Origin: a virus
Reading direction: 5' to 3' (one strand)
Virus record (IMG/VR): IMGVR_UViG_3300035396_000367
Span: 27,738-91,737 of that record
DNA: 64,000 nucleotides
Position numbers and translations under genes: made by a program. The notes below the pieces were generated by a model. That model did not search any database. It was not told the DNA's origin and was given only the letters and a program-made list of their open reading frames with translations. Positions 48,686 through 56,502 of the stretch are shown here, piece by piece (position 1 is the stretch's first letter; every line of letters starts with the position of its first letter).

Positions 48686-50539
48686 TCACCTCAGAGCCGC
48701 TGTACCGGATATTCCGCGCTGTGAAAACCAGTTATTTAGTCTAGCGGCACCCTCCAACTCTTTCGCTGGCATAGGTCTTGAAAGAGCTGCAACATTCGCT
48801 GACTCACCACCTATTGCACTTGTCCAACCACCAGATGCCAGCCCTATCTCAAAATCTCCGTTAGCCGCATTCTCACAGCCTTGCATGTACGACTTAAATA
48901 TTTGAAGTCCACCCATAAACGCTGAGTACCTATCCTTTCTCTGACGCGCACGCGGGGTATCCCAGTGTGGATTACCAGTTGAAGTTTTAGTCATTACGAT
49001 TGTTGTTATTTCTGTCTTCAGCTCATTCACTTGAATTTCTATCTCCTCAAGCTCTGCAACTTCATCCGCAGTTTTCCCAACCAAATCATTTACATCCAAT
49101 GGCGTAGGGAATACAACTTCTTTCGTCTCCATCGATGCTAACATTCCGTGATTAGCGATACTTAACCACGTCGTGTGAAAAGGAACTAGCTGTAACAAGT
49201 GTAGTCCCGGTTTCTTAAATTCTTTTTTGTCATCTAGGTAGGAGTCGTCATCCTCTATGTTCCAAATTGGATGTTCCCCTATAGGCACTTTATCTGGGTC
49301 ACATAGAATATCCGCGATAGCATGTCCACCACCCCCGGAGTCCATACCTATGTGCATAAAATTAAAACGACGATGTAACATCCTAAGCCTATCCGCAGCT
49401 TCCTGAAATTTTCTTCCGTTCACTACTGATACATTCACTGGAGCATACCTCGTGTTTGTATTTGTGTTTACTTTTTTCAAAACAACAAACGAGCAGTTAT
49501 CCGACGTACGCGCGGGGTCAACGAATAGAACATAGCTCCCGTTTTCAACACCTGAAACTTCATAGTGAATTTTTAATGATTTATCCCAACAGTTCATAAC
49601 GATACTCGCAGGGAAAAAACCACCTGAGTCAGACGGGAATAATGTTTCGTACTCCATCTTGAACTGCATACTGCTCATTTTTTCTTTTGCCATTAAAACG
49701 GATTCTATCGACATGAAACCCTCTGGAAGCATATTGTACGCGAGCTTGTATACAGCGTAACTCTTCCACAGCTCCATATTCTTTTCAACTAATTTTTTCT
49801 CAGTGATTATTTTCACATACTTTTTAAGCATGTCGTATAGGTGATTGAATTGATAAAACGCAGTCGAGGCTGCTACAACATAGTTACGTGTCAACTCTTC
49901 CGTTGAACCGAATATTGCATCTATCTCACCTTCCCTACCCTCTTCCCTAAGTCTCTGTTTTACAGCTTCTCTTCTCGCTGACTTTATAGGATCTTTTTTA
50001 GTCGCGGTCATACCTAGAATTACAACATCCAAAATCTCAAGAGGAATTTGCGCAATCTCATCCAGTAGTAAAAAGTAAAATCGAGCTCCACGAATCTTTT
50101 CACCATCCCCGAGAGGTAACGCTTGAATAATTGAACTATTTTTAAACCCCAACTCACACATGTCTGTACTTCTAACCGGTGGCTTCACACACATATCTCT
50201 AAAAACTTTCGAAGCCCTGTACATACGCTCAATCTCTGCAAAAACCATTTTAGATTGCCTGTATGACGCAGCAATTATACCAACTTTTTGACCAGAGTAT
50301 AGGGCTGCCCTCAGCGTTGCAAGCACTGCTAACTGGAACGTTTTACCTGCACCGCGCGTAAGTATTAAAAGTGTGAAGGGGAAGTACCAGGATACGATCA
50401 GCATCAGTCTCTGAAACGGTAGTAAGTCGATACCAAGAATCATCTCGGCTGCACGATCTGGCCTACACCTAAAGTAGCGGAGCATACGCTTCTCCGCCGT
50501 TGATAAATACCTGAGACCCGTCTCTTTGTCAAAAATCAT
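48686..50539 (-). CDS. terL: Terminase large subunit (617 aa)
   Basis: LLPFQ adenine motif, Walker A TRGAGKT, KIRGAR, Walker B LLLDE, ASTA, nuclease FVDPAR and KDRYSA. Confidence 0.93.
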   Translation of the reverse strand: MIFDKETGLRYLSTAEKRMLRYFRCRPDRAAEMILGIDLLPFQRLMLIVSWYFPFTLLILTRGAGKTFQLAVLATLRAALYSGQKVGIIAASYRQSKMVFAEIERMYRASKVFRDMCVKPPVRSTDMCELGFKNSSIIQALPLGDGEKIRGARFYFLLLDEIAQIPLEILDVVILGMTATKKDPIKSARREAVKQRLREEGREGEIDAIFGSTEELTRNYVVAASTAFYQFNHLYDMLKKYVKIITEKKLVEKNMELWKSYAVYKLAYNMLPEGFMSIESVLMAKEKMSSMQFKMEYETLFPSDSGGFFPASIVMNCWDKSLKIHYEVSGVENGSYVLFVDPARTSDNCSFVVLKKVNTNTNTRYAPVNVSVVNGRKFQEAADRLRMLHRRFNFMHIGMDSGGGGHAIADILCDPDKVPIGEHPIWNIEDDDSYLDDKKEFKKPGLHLLQLVPFHTTWLSIANHGMLASMETKEVVFPTPLDVNDLVGKTADEVAELEEIEIQVNELKTEITTIVMTKTSTGNPHWDTPRARQRKDRYSAFMGGLQIFKSYMQGCENAANGDFEIGLASGGWTSAIGGESANVAALSRPMPAKELEGAARLNNWFSQRGISGTAALR

Positions 50540-51649
50540 CTAGTAAACTTCCCCACGCTCGATTTCCGAGTCATCTGCTTTCAGAATGTTATAGGAACGA
50601 TCCAGGATACCTCTTATACTTTCCTCATCTGGCCCGTACATAAGACCAGACTCTTGCCCGTCAACCTCTCCGTTCATACCACCCTCTGCTGCCATTCGAC
50701 GTTTTATTTTATCAACAAAACCAAGAAGTTCAACGTTATCTTCTTTGTCAGCATGTTCGATAATTTTTCTTTGGCTCTCTTTGTCGAACAGTGCAACAAT
50801 ATCAGATAGAGATTGTTCGTCGTATGAATTTTCTTGCTTACGGTTTTTTCTCGAGAACCTTAAATTGTTCTGGAACCCCTGCATCCGTTTATACGACTCG
50901 GTGTATTGCTTTTGATAATCTTGGAATACTTTTGAGTTCCTGGATTTCTGCTGCATCTTAAACATTTGGTTCTGCATAATAATTTCGCGAACCAATCCGC
51001 ACATATCATCAAAATCTTCTGCAAGATTAAAATCGTTGCTGTGAGCTTTAGCGTAATGCTTCCACGTGTTTACAAATATCGACCATTCGTCCTCGCTGAA
51101 CCCCGGGCGGATCATAACGAATCGTGACGTGAAGTCCTCGAGTAACATCTCATCTTTCTGCCCGGCCGGTATCATCTCCAGAACATCTTCTTTTATCTCA
51201 TAACGATATTTCTCAAGCTCCTCAACAAATGTGAGAGCTGTCTTCACTTCGATCTGTGTATGTTCTCCACTGTACGGATTCTCAGAAACCGGCATACCTT
51301 TTTTAACAAGGTTATTCTTTGCACGATAAAACTCAATTGATTTTTTTGGAATTCCTAAAACAGATGCCATCTCCGCGTCGGACATGTTCATATAATTTGT
51401 GGCAATATACTGTTTCATCTCTGCGTCGAGATGTGTGGAAAACGGTTTTCCTCGTGGAGATTTTTTTTCTGACTCCATTTCTTCTACACCTATGTCTTCA
51501 AATGGCCCAGGCCCGATAGGCGATGGTTCTGAAATGTCGATAGGTTTTGATTGTTTTTCGATCTCTGTTATTAGTTCATCGATGGGTACCGACTTCATAA
51601 ACGAAGGTACTGTAGGAGGTTTTAAAAAATCAGGTATTTTTTCGTCCAT
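50540..51649 (-). CDS. Putative terminase small subunit / HTH protein (369 aa)
   Basis: Directly upstream of terL; HTH MSDAEMASVLGIPKKSIEFYR; helical C-terminal region. Confidence 0.5.
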   Translation of the reverse strand: MDEKIPDFLKPPTVPSFMKSVPIDELITEIEKQSKPIDISEPSPIGPGPFEDIGVEEMESEKKSPRGKPFSTHLDAEMKQYIATNYMNMSDAEMASVLGIPKKSIEFYRAKNNLVKKGMPVSENPYSGEHTQIEVKTALTFVEELEKYRYEIKEDVLEMIPAGQKDEMLLEDFTSRFVMIRPGFSEDEWSIFVNTWKHYAKAHSNDFNLAEDFDDMCGLVREIIMQNQMFKMQQKSRNSKVFQDYQKQYTESYKRMQGFQNNLRFSRKNRKQENSYDEQSLSDIVALFDKESQRKIIEHADKEDNVELLGFVDKIKRRMAAEGGMNGEVDGQESGLMYGPDEESIRGILDRSYNILKADDSEIERGEVY

Positions 51650-51830
51650 AGACTTGCACCACTCTTAACATTCTTGGGTATTTACATACAACACTTTCTG
51701 TCTCTGCATCGTACTTTACAAAATGCTCACACTCTGATTTACAATAATCTTTTGTCACCAGAGAATTTACAGTGCTTGCTAGAATCGGGCACTGCACAAC
51801 TGCGTCGCCCGGTTTCTTTACAGCATCCAA
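51630..51830 (-). CDS. Small Cys-rich (putative Zn-binding) protein (66 aa)
   Basis: VQCP..YCKSECEHF..VVCKYP; TTG start adjacent to the actin stop. Confidence 0.6.
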   Translation of the reverse strand: MDAVKKPGDAVVQCPILASTVNSLVTKDYCKSECEHFVKYDAETESVVCKYPRMLRVVQVYGRKNT

Positions 51831-51831
51831 G

Positions 51832-52839
51832 TTACAGCAGACCTTTTATTAAGCAACCTTTTGCTACAGCTTTAAAAGGATCACTCACTTGGAATACATC
51901 ACCAAAAACAACTTTGTCACCAGTGGCAGTTACAACATTTGTTTTTGCAAGAATCGTTTTGAAAATATCAACGAAACCTTTCGGTGCCGAAGTACCCCCG
52001 GATATCGCGATAGGAAGTGCCCGAGGGAATTTACGACTCATCGCTCCGAATTGTTTTTGAATCGTGTGAATCGAATATGAAATAAGTTCGGTGTAATAAA
52101 CAGAAAGTGCTTGAAGCGTTCCAGCCTCATACTTTTTGTTTAAAGAAAACTTTGTGCTGTCCTCTTTGAGTGAACGAACAACTGGAATAGGTGAATCTAT
52201 TGCGAGAGATGTTGATTGGTCAATCCAGTCACCACCACGTGTGATTGCGAACTGGCAGACTGGCATACTCATCCACATGACTGCGAAGTTTGTCATACCT
52301 GATCCAAAGCTGATAGCAATACCGGTGTACCCGTGTTCTTGTAACCCGGCGTACCCGACTGCAATTGCTTCGTTCAATGGCTCTGCTTCGTACCCGAGAG
52401 ATTCAATAATCTTTTTCAAACTCTCTCTGTGATAAACCAGTGCGTTGGCTTTAGCTACGTCATCGCACGCGTCCGCAGGTATTGAGTAAACAACTTTGTC
52501 TCCCGACTTAGCTGGCTCATCCCCGAGTACACCTTCGATTATAGATCTGATTACGATCAACGCTTCAGGCTCTCTGTTTGAGATATACCCTTTTGCTAAC
52601 GGCCGTCGAACCTCTTGTCCAAAAACTTCTCCGAACTCGAGTGACTTGTCCCCGACGATAAAAAGTTTGTCTCCGTGGATAACATAGTTTACGTCAGAGC
52701 CATTGATCATTTGCTGACGTGTAAATTCATTGTTAGGTGCTTCGAAAAAAGCATCACGCTGTGTGTATGAAACAAGCTCTTTCCCTTTGTTGAACATTCC
52801 GACGATAAACGCCGTTCCGATATCTAGACCTTTAACCAT
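51832..52839 (-). CDS. Actin-like ATPase (actin/MreB/MamK superfamily; 335 aa)
   Basis: Phosphate-1 GLDIGT, RRPLAKG, YSIPA, connect-1 LNEAIAV, phosphate-2 ISFGSGMTN, RGGDWID, adenosine ISGGTS, connect-2 AVAKGCL. Confidence 0.88.
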   Translation of the reverse strand: MVKGLDIGTAFIVGMFNKGKELVSYTQRDAFFEAPNNEFTRQQMINGSDVNYVIHGDKLFIVGDKSLEFGEVFGQEVRRPLAKGYISNREPEALIVIRSIIEGVLGDEPAKSGDKVVYSIPADACDDVAKANALVYHRESLKKIIESLGYEAEPLNEAIAVGYAGLQEHGYTGIAISFGSGMTNFAVMWMSMPVCQFAITRGGDWIDQSTSLAIDSPIPVVRSLKEDSTKFSLNKKYEAGTLQALSVYYTELISYSIHTIQKQFGAMSRKFPRALPIAISGGTSAPKGFVDIFKTILAKTNVVTATGDKVVFGDVFQVSDPFKAVAKGCLIKGLL

Positions 52840-53209
52840 TTGTTTTTCCTTTCCTTAAATTTTTTAAAGCTGCAATTGAATCTGCCGTGTCATCCACTTT
52901 GGTTGTCGCCTCAGATCTGACACTTGACTGAACCCCGGAGAAGTCCATGTTTATTTCCGGTAAAATTTCTTCTGACTTAAAACTACATTGTTGATGTAAC
53001 GGAAAACTTTCATGCCTATCCTGTACTGGATAGCTCACACTCGTTCTCTCAATTACAACCGGTGCCGTCTGATTCAGCCCAGTGACTTCTACTACAAATT
53101 TTATAGCACCTGACTTCAGGTACTTTACTACAGCAATAACGCAGACCACCATAGCAACGATGGCGATGCACATCAAAGATATTGCTATCGTCATCAGTGT
53201 TCGAGTCAT
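52832..53209 (-). CDS. Single-pass membrane protein (125 aa)
   Basis: N-terminal hydrophobic helix, polar linker, C-terminal amphipathic SIAALKNLRKG; overlaps the actin start. Confidence 0.7.
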   Translation of the reverse strand: MTRTLMTIAISLMCIAIVAMVVCVIAVVKYLKSGAIKFVVEVTGLNQTAPVVIERTSVSYPVQDRHESFPLHQQCSFKSEEILPEINMDFSGVQSSVRSEATTKVDDTADSIAALKNLRKGKTNG

Positions 53210-53499
53210 TTCGTTTCCTCTGGTTTTGTTCTTACAACTCCGGCTGAGTTTTCCATGGCTACACGAATCTGTCCTACCGCTGTCATAACTGCGGGACCAC
53301 CGTTTAGTCCGACAATTATTCCAGGAACATTCAGTGCTTGAATCACAGCAATCATTGACGGATACTTAAGTGCCAGGATTGGAAGTACGAACACGACCCA
53401 AATTAAAACTACGGCGGATATCGCCCCGGAAATAATCAGGGAGATGAGAGCAACCTTGGTACCGGTTCTAGAGATGTTGGCTAGGGTGTTATTAAACAT
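53206..53499 (-). CDS. Small two-TM membrane protein, holin-like (97 aa)
   Basis: ATG 53499 with GAGGA RBS; two hydrophobic stretches, charged C-terminus. Confidence 0.5.
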   Translation of the reverse strand: MFNNTLANISRTGTKVALISLIISGAISAVVLIWVVFVLPILALKYPSMIAVIQALNVPGIIVGLNGGPAVMTAVGQIRVAMENSAGVVRTKPEETK

Positions 53500-53529
53500 T
53501 TTTTGTTCCTCACTGTTTTCCAAAGTTGT

Positions 53530-53558
53530 ATTTTAAGATGAACCTCTTTGTCTGTCAA
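53530..53558 (-). promoter_or_regulatory. sigma70-type promoter of the morphogenesis operon
   Basis: TTGACA-17nt-TAAAAT(AC), ~30 nt upstream of the first ATG. Confidence 0.7.
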
Positions 53559-53568
53559 TCCCTTATAG

Positions 53569-53739
53569 CCCGAAGGGGTCGAAGACCCCGTCAGAACCTC
53601 CACGAAGTGGGGTTCCTTTATTGCGACGTTAGTCGCATAGATCACGGAGCGAAGCGACGTGATCATTGTCCAAAAAAATGTACCAAATAAAAGTCCAAGT
53701 AAGTATAATACGGGGACACGAAGTGGACACGTATTATAC
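53569..53739 (+). other. Cluster of five DNA hairpins with GAA/GTTA loops and tandem G.A pairs
   Basis: 53575-89, 53594-615, 53622-37, 53640-64, 53703-39 (sequences in findings). Confidence 0.75.
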
Positions 53740-53888
53740 GTGACCATCCGTGAAAAAAACAGGCCTGTTTTACGTGCAAAAACGTGTACGGTAAGTATAC
53801 ACTTTTTCAATATAGTATCCGTATTTTGCTTATTTGAGTTAGGTGCGCTCCGACTGGCATCGAAAAGTATACAAATTTTTTTATAATA

Positions 53889-54045
53889 TTGCACTAAATA
53901 TTCGAATAACTTTTGCGTATTTTCAGCATAACTAACTAATGTTCGTGAAAATACGTAAAAGTTATAAAAAAAAATTGACAGGAGTGTACCTTTTTTCGTG
54001 ACCAACATATTCTCTACTTACAGTTATAAATCAATTTTAGTGCAA
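53889..54045. repeat. Nested AT-rich inverted repeats
   Basis: 20-bp arms 53906-25/53946-65 (1 mismatch) inside 10-bp arms 53889-98/54036-45. Confidence 0.65.
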
Positions 54046-54164
54046 AACTACGTTATTATTTTTATGGTAACCGTGATCGCGCGACGAATCTATCACTTTT
54101 GTTACAACTTTAGCACTTCTGCAATATCTATTTTACCGATGAAAAACAGCTATAAAAAATGTGC

Positions 54165-54193
54165 TTGACAAAAACCAATTGTTCGATTATAAT
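54165..54193 (+). promoter_or_regulatory. Consensus sigma70 early promoter
   Basis: TTGACA-17nt-TATAAT exactly. Confidence 0.85.
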
Positions 54194-54291
54194 ATCTATA
54201 CTTCTTTCCGACCTAGATCGGACAGAGTAAAAACGTCAAATTAAAGATCACCGGGTATGCCTCAGCAGGTATACACTAGAAGGAAAGGAAC

Positions 54292-55401
54292 ATGCGCAAA
54301 AAAACACATTTTATAAAATTATCTTCATATTGCAAAATTCACAACATAACATACCCAACTGCCCATCGTAGATTTACTACCGGTAAATTAAAAGGCTTCA
54401 GAAAGGAAACTGGAACCATTTGGCTGGAGCCAGAGTTACCAAGAGACCTTGTAAAGGAGAAAACAGCTTTAATATTCTGCAGCTGTTTCTCAGAAAATCC
54501 TGACAACATTTCGTTGCAGGAGCAACTTTGTAAGGAGTATTGCGAAAAAAACAACATAGCTATTTACGAAATTATATTTGATAAGCACAGAGATCAACGT
54601 TCCTCTAAACTTTTTTTAAAAGCGTTGCCGTACCGAACGTGGAATACGTTAGTAGTCTACTCTGAGTTTTCTGCACCTGCGGTACCAATGGTACTGGAGA
54701 GTTTTTTAAAAATGCAAGGTAGAACCTTAGAAATAGTTAACGAGGATGCTACAGCTGACTCAGCTGAAATTTTGTTACGTACCGAATCTATTATTCGAAA
54801 ATCGTATTCTAGTTTAGTAAACTACACACACTCGACACGTCTCGCTAGGATGTTTATGCATCTAACGGATGTATGCTTCCCAGGTTCCAGAGTTAGTAAA
54901 AAGAGGACTTTGCAGGACGTAGCGAAAGACGATTATGGAATAGTGATTGGAAAAGATTTGACATCGATTCAACAAAAGTATATCGAAGAAACGATCCGTT
55001 TTACTGCCGGAAAGTCTCAGTTCAAAAGTATCGAAGAGTTGCAGTCTAATTTTTTTGTTACCCCTGTTCGTAGAAAACGTCAACCTAACCACGGTACCAT
55101 TGGTACCGATAAACAAGAGTCCTGTACCAATGGTACCGAGAATAATCCAACACCCTCTACTGACGGTACCAATGGTACCGTAAAAAAGAGAGGCCGAATC
55201 GAGAACCTGAAGTATGTTCAGCGAAAAAGAAATGAGGAAGAAATGAAACAGTACACTTACCGTGAACGTATAGACATGTTCGATACTAACAAGAAAGAGG
55301 TTATGACTTTGAAAGATCTGTATATGATGGCTGTAATTACTGGACAATTCAAAAACGCTACTACGGAAGAGCAACAACTTATAGATAAATATTTAGATTA
55401 A
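54292..55401 (+). CDS. IS607 TnpA-like protein (MerR-type HTH + degenerate serine-recombinase domain + C-terminal extension; 369 aa)
   Basis: KLSSYCKIHNITYPTAHRRFTTGKL HTH; ALIFCSCFS..NISLQEQLCKEYC in place of YARVSS..L..Q; TLVVY; FLKMQGRTLEIVN. Confidence 0.65.
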   Translation: MRKKTHFIKLSSYCKIHNITYPTAHRRFTTGKLKGFRKETGTIWLEPELPRDLVKEKTALIFCSCFSENPDNISLQEQLCKEYCEKNNIAIYEIIFDKHRDQRSSKLFLKALPYRTWNTLVVYSEFSAPAVPMVLESFLKMQGRTLEIVNEDATADSAEILLRTESIIRKSYSSLVNYTHSTRLARMFMHLTDVCFPGSRVSKKRTLQDVAKDDYGIVIGKDLTSIQQKYIEETIRFTAGKSQFKSIEELQSNFFVTPVRRKRQPNHGTIGTDKQESCTNGTENNPTPSTDGTNGTVKKRGRIENLKYVQRKRNEEEMKQYTYRERIDMFDTNKKEVMTLKDLYMMAVITGQFKNATTEEQQLIDKYLD

Positions 55402-55468
55402 ATTTTATTAGGATCGGGATTATTCTCGATTCTGGTACTACATACTTATAACGGTACCAATGGTACCG
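54680..55468. repeat. Five copies of the 17-bp palindrome CGGTACCAWTGGTACCG
   Basis: 54680-96 (1 mismatch), 55092-108, 55122-38 (1 mismatch), 55164-80, 55452-68. Confidence 0.85.
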
Positions 55469-55512
55469 AGAATAAACTTTATGTAAAATTTTCATGTAAA
55501 AGGAATGTAAAA

Positions 55513-56502
55513 ATGTATACAAATGCAGCTATGGTAAATACTAACGAAATTCTTCCTCACCCACGCAACGGTGAATTTTTCAGAGATATTGCCGACACGC
55601 ATCCTGAATTATGGACAACATTTGTCCTTGACGTGCGTCAGAATGGCATTAGAGAGCCTCTCGAAGTAAATCAGGAGACTGGACTACTCCTATCAGGACA
55701 TCAGCGGTTACGGGCCGCTATAGAGTGCGGTATAGAACAAGTACCTGTCACATTTGTTCGCATCCCCGCCGAAAAGGAGATCCAACACCTTACTTCGGTC
55801 AATATGCTTCGCCGGGAAGACGATCCGATTCACAAATACAAGTGGGTTCAGTATCTCCGGTCAGCTATCGAAAACAACCAGATAGACAACGGGCAGCTTT
55901 CCCCTCGTGATTTTATCGCGAAGACTTTACAGGTTTCCGCACGCACGGTTCAAGCCGCTGACATTTTCAATGCACTCCCTCAAGAGAAGCAAGTGGAAAT
56001 GATTAAGTGGATTCACGACCAAGCAAACATCCCTACTGCTTCTGAGATAGAACTCATCACTAAAAAGATGCGTGATTCAGACATCTCTCTTCAAGCAGCG
56101 TTAGCTGATGTCGAAAGACTTAAACTTGAAACAGCAAATTCCAGCGATGAAAAAATGAAGCTTCAACAGAAGTTAGATGTCAATCAGGCACTCTCGTTAA
56201 AAGACCAGATTGAGTTCTGCAACACTTCTTTCGAATCTGCTATCGTCACTTTGCGAACAATTGGTGACCTTTTAATGGAGCATCCGGACACTGCTAGAAT
56301 TAAGCAGCTTACTCGAGTTATACGGGAAAATGCAGAGTGTATGTCCGACATTTACGCAAAATTCGACCACATTGCTGCGGCAAAAGCTGCAAGTAAAAAT
56401 CCTGAAAAACCAATCGACATCTCCGGCACCCCGGCAGAAGAAACGCCAAGTATTGACCTTGCGAATGATGACTTTTTTAAGCCCACAGGTGCAGCTAAAT
56501 GA
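55513..56502 (+). CDS. ParB/Srx-domain protein (329 aa)
   Basis: ILPHPRN, NGIREPL, LLSGHQRLRAA, N..RR, HTH FIAKTLQVSARTVQ, coiled-coil C-terminus. Confidence 0.85.
   Translation: MYTNAAMVNTNEILPHPRNGEFFRDIADTHPELWTTFVLDVRQNGIREPLEVNQETGLLLSGHQRLRAAIECGIEQVPVTFVRIPAEKEIQHLTSVNMLRREDDPIHKYKWVQYLRSAIENNQIDNGQLSPRDFIAKTLQVSARTVQAADIFNALPQEKQVEMIKWIHDQANIPTASEIELITKKMRDSDISLQAALADVERLKLETANSSDEKMKLQQKLDVNQALSLKDQIEFCNTSFESAIVTLRTIGDLLMEHPDTARIKQLTRVIRENAECMSDIYAKFDHIAAAKAASKNPEKPIDISGTPAEETPSIDLANDDFFKPTGAAK

Noticed and set aside
1014-52687. Many short plus-strand and alternate-frame ORFs in the track
   Set aside because: Antisense or frame shadows of long, tightly packed minus-strand genes.
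53481-54008. 175-aa minus-strand ORF and 75-aa plus-strand ORF in the control region
   Set aside because: They cross promoters and hairpins, lack an RBS and have atypical composition; likely spurious.
54292-55401. Active IS607 mobile element
   Set aside because: Catalytic motif degenerate, no tnpB, no recognisable ends.
54680-55468. Palindromic repeats as a CRISPR array
   Set aside because: Only 17 bp, irregular spacing (13 to ~400 nt), mostly inside a CDS, no cas genes.
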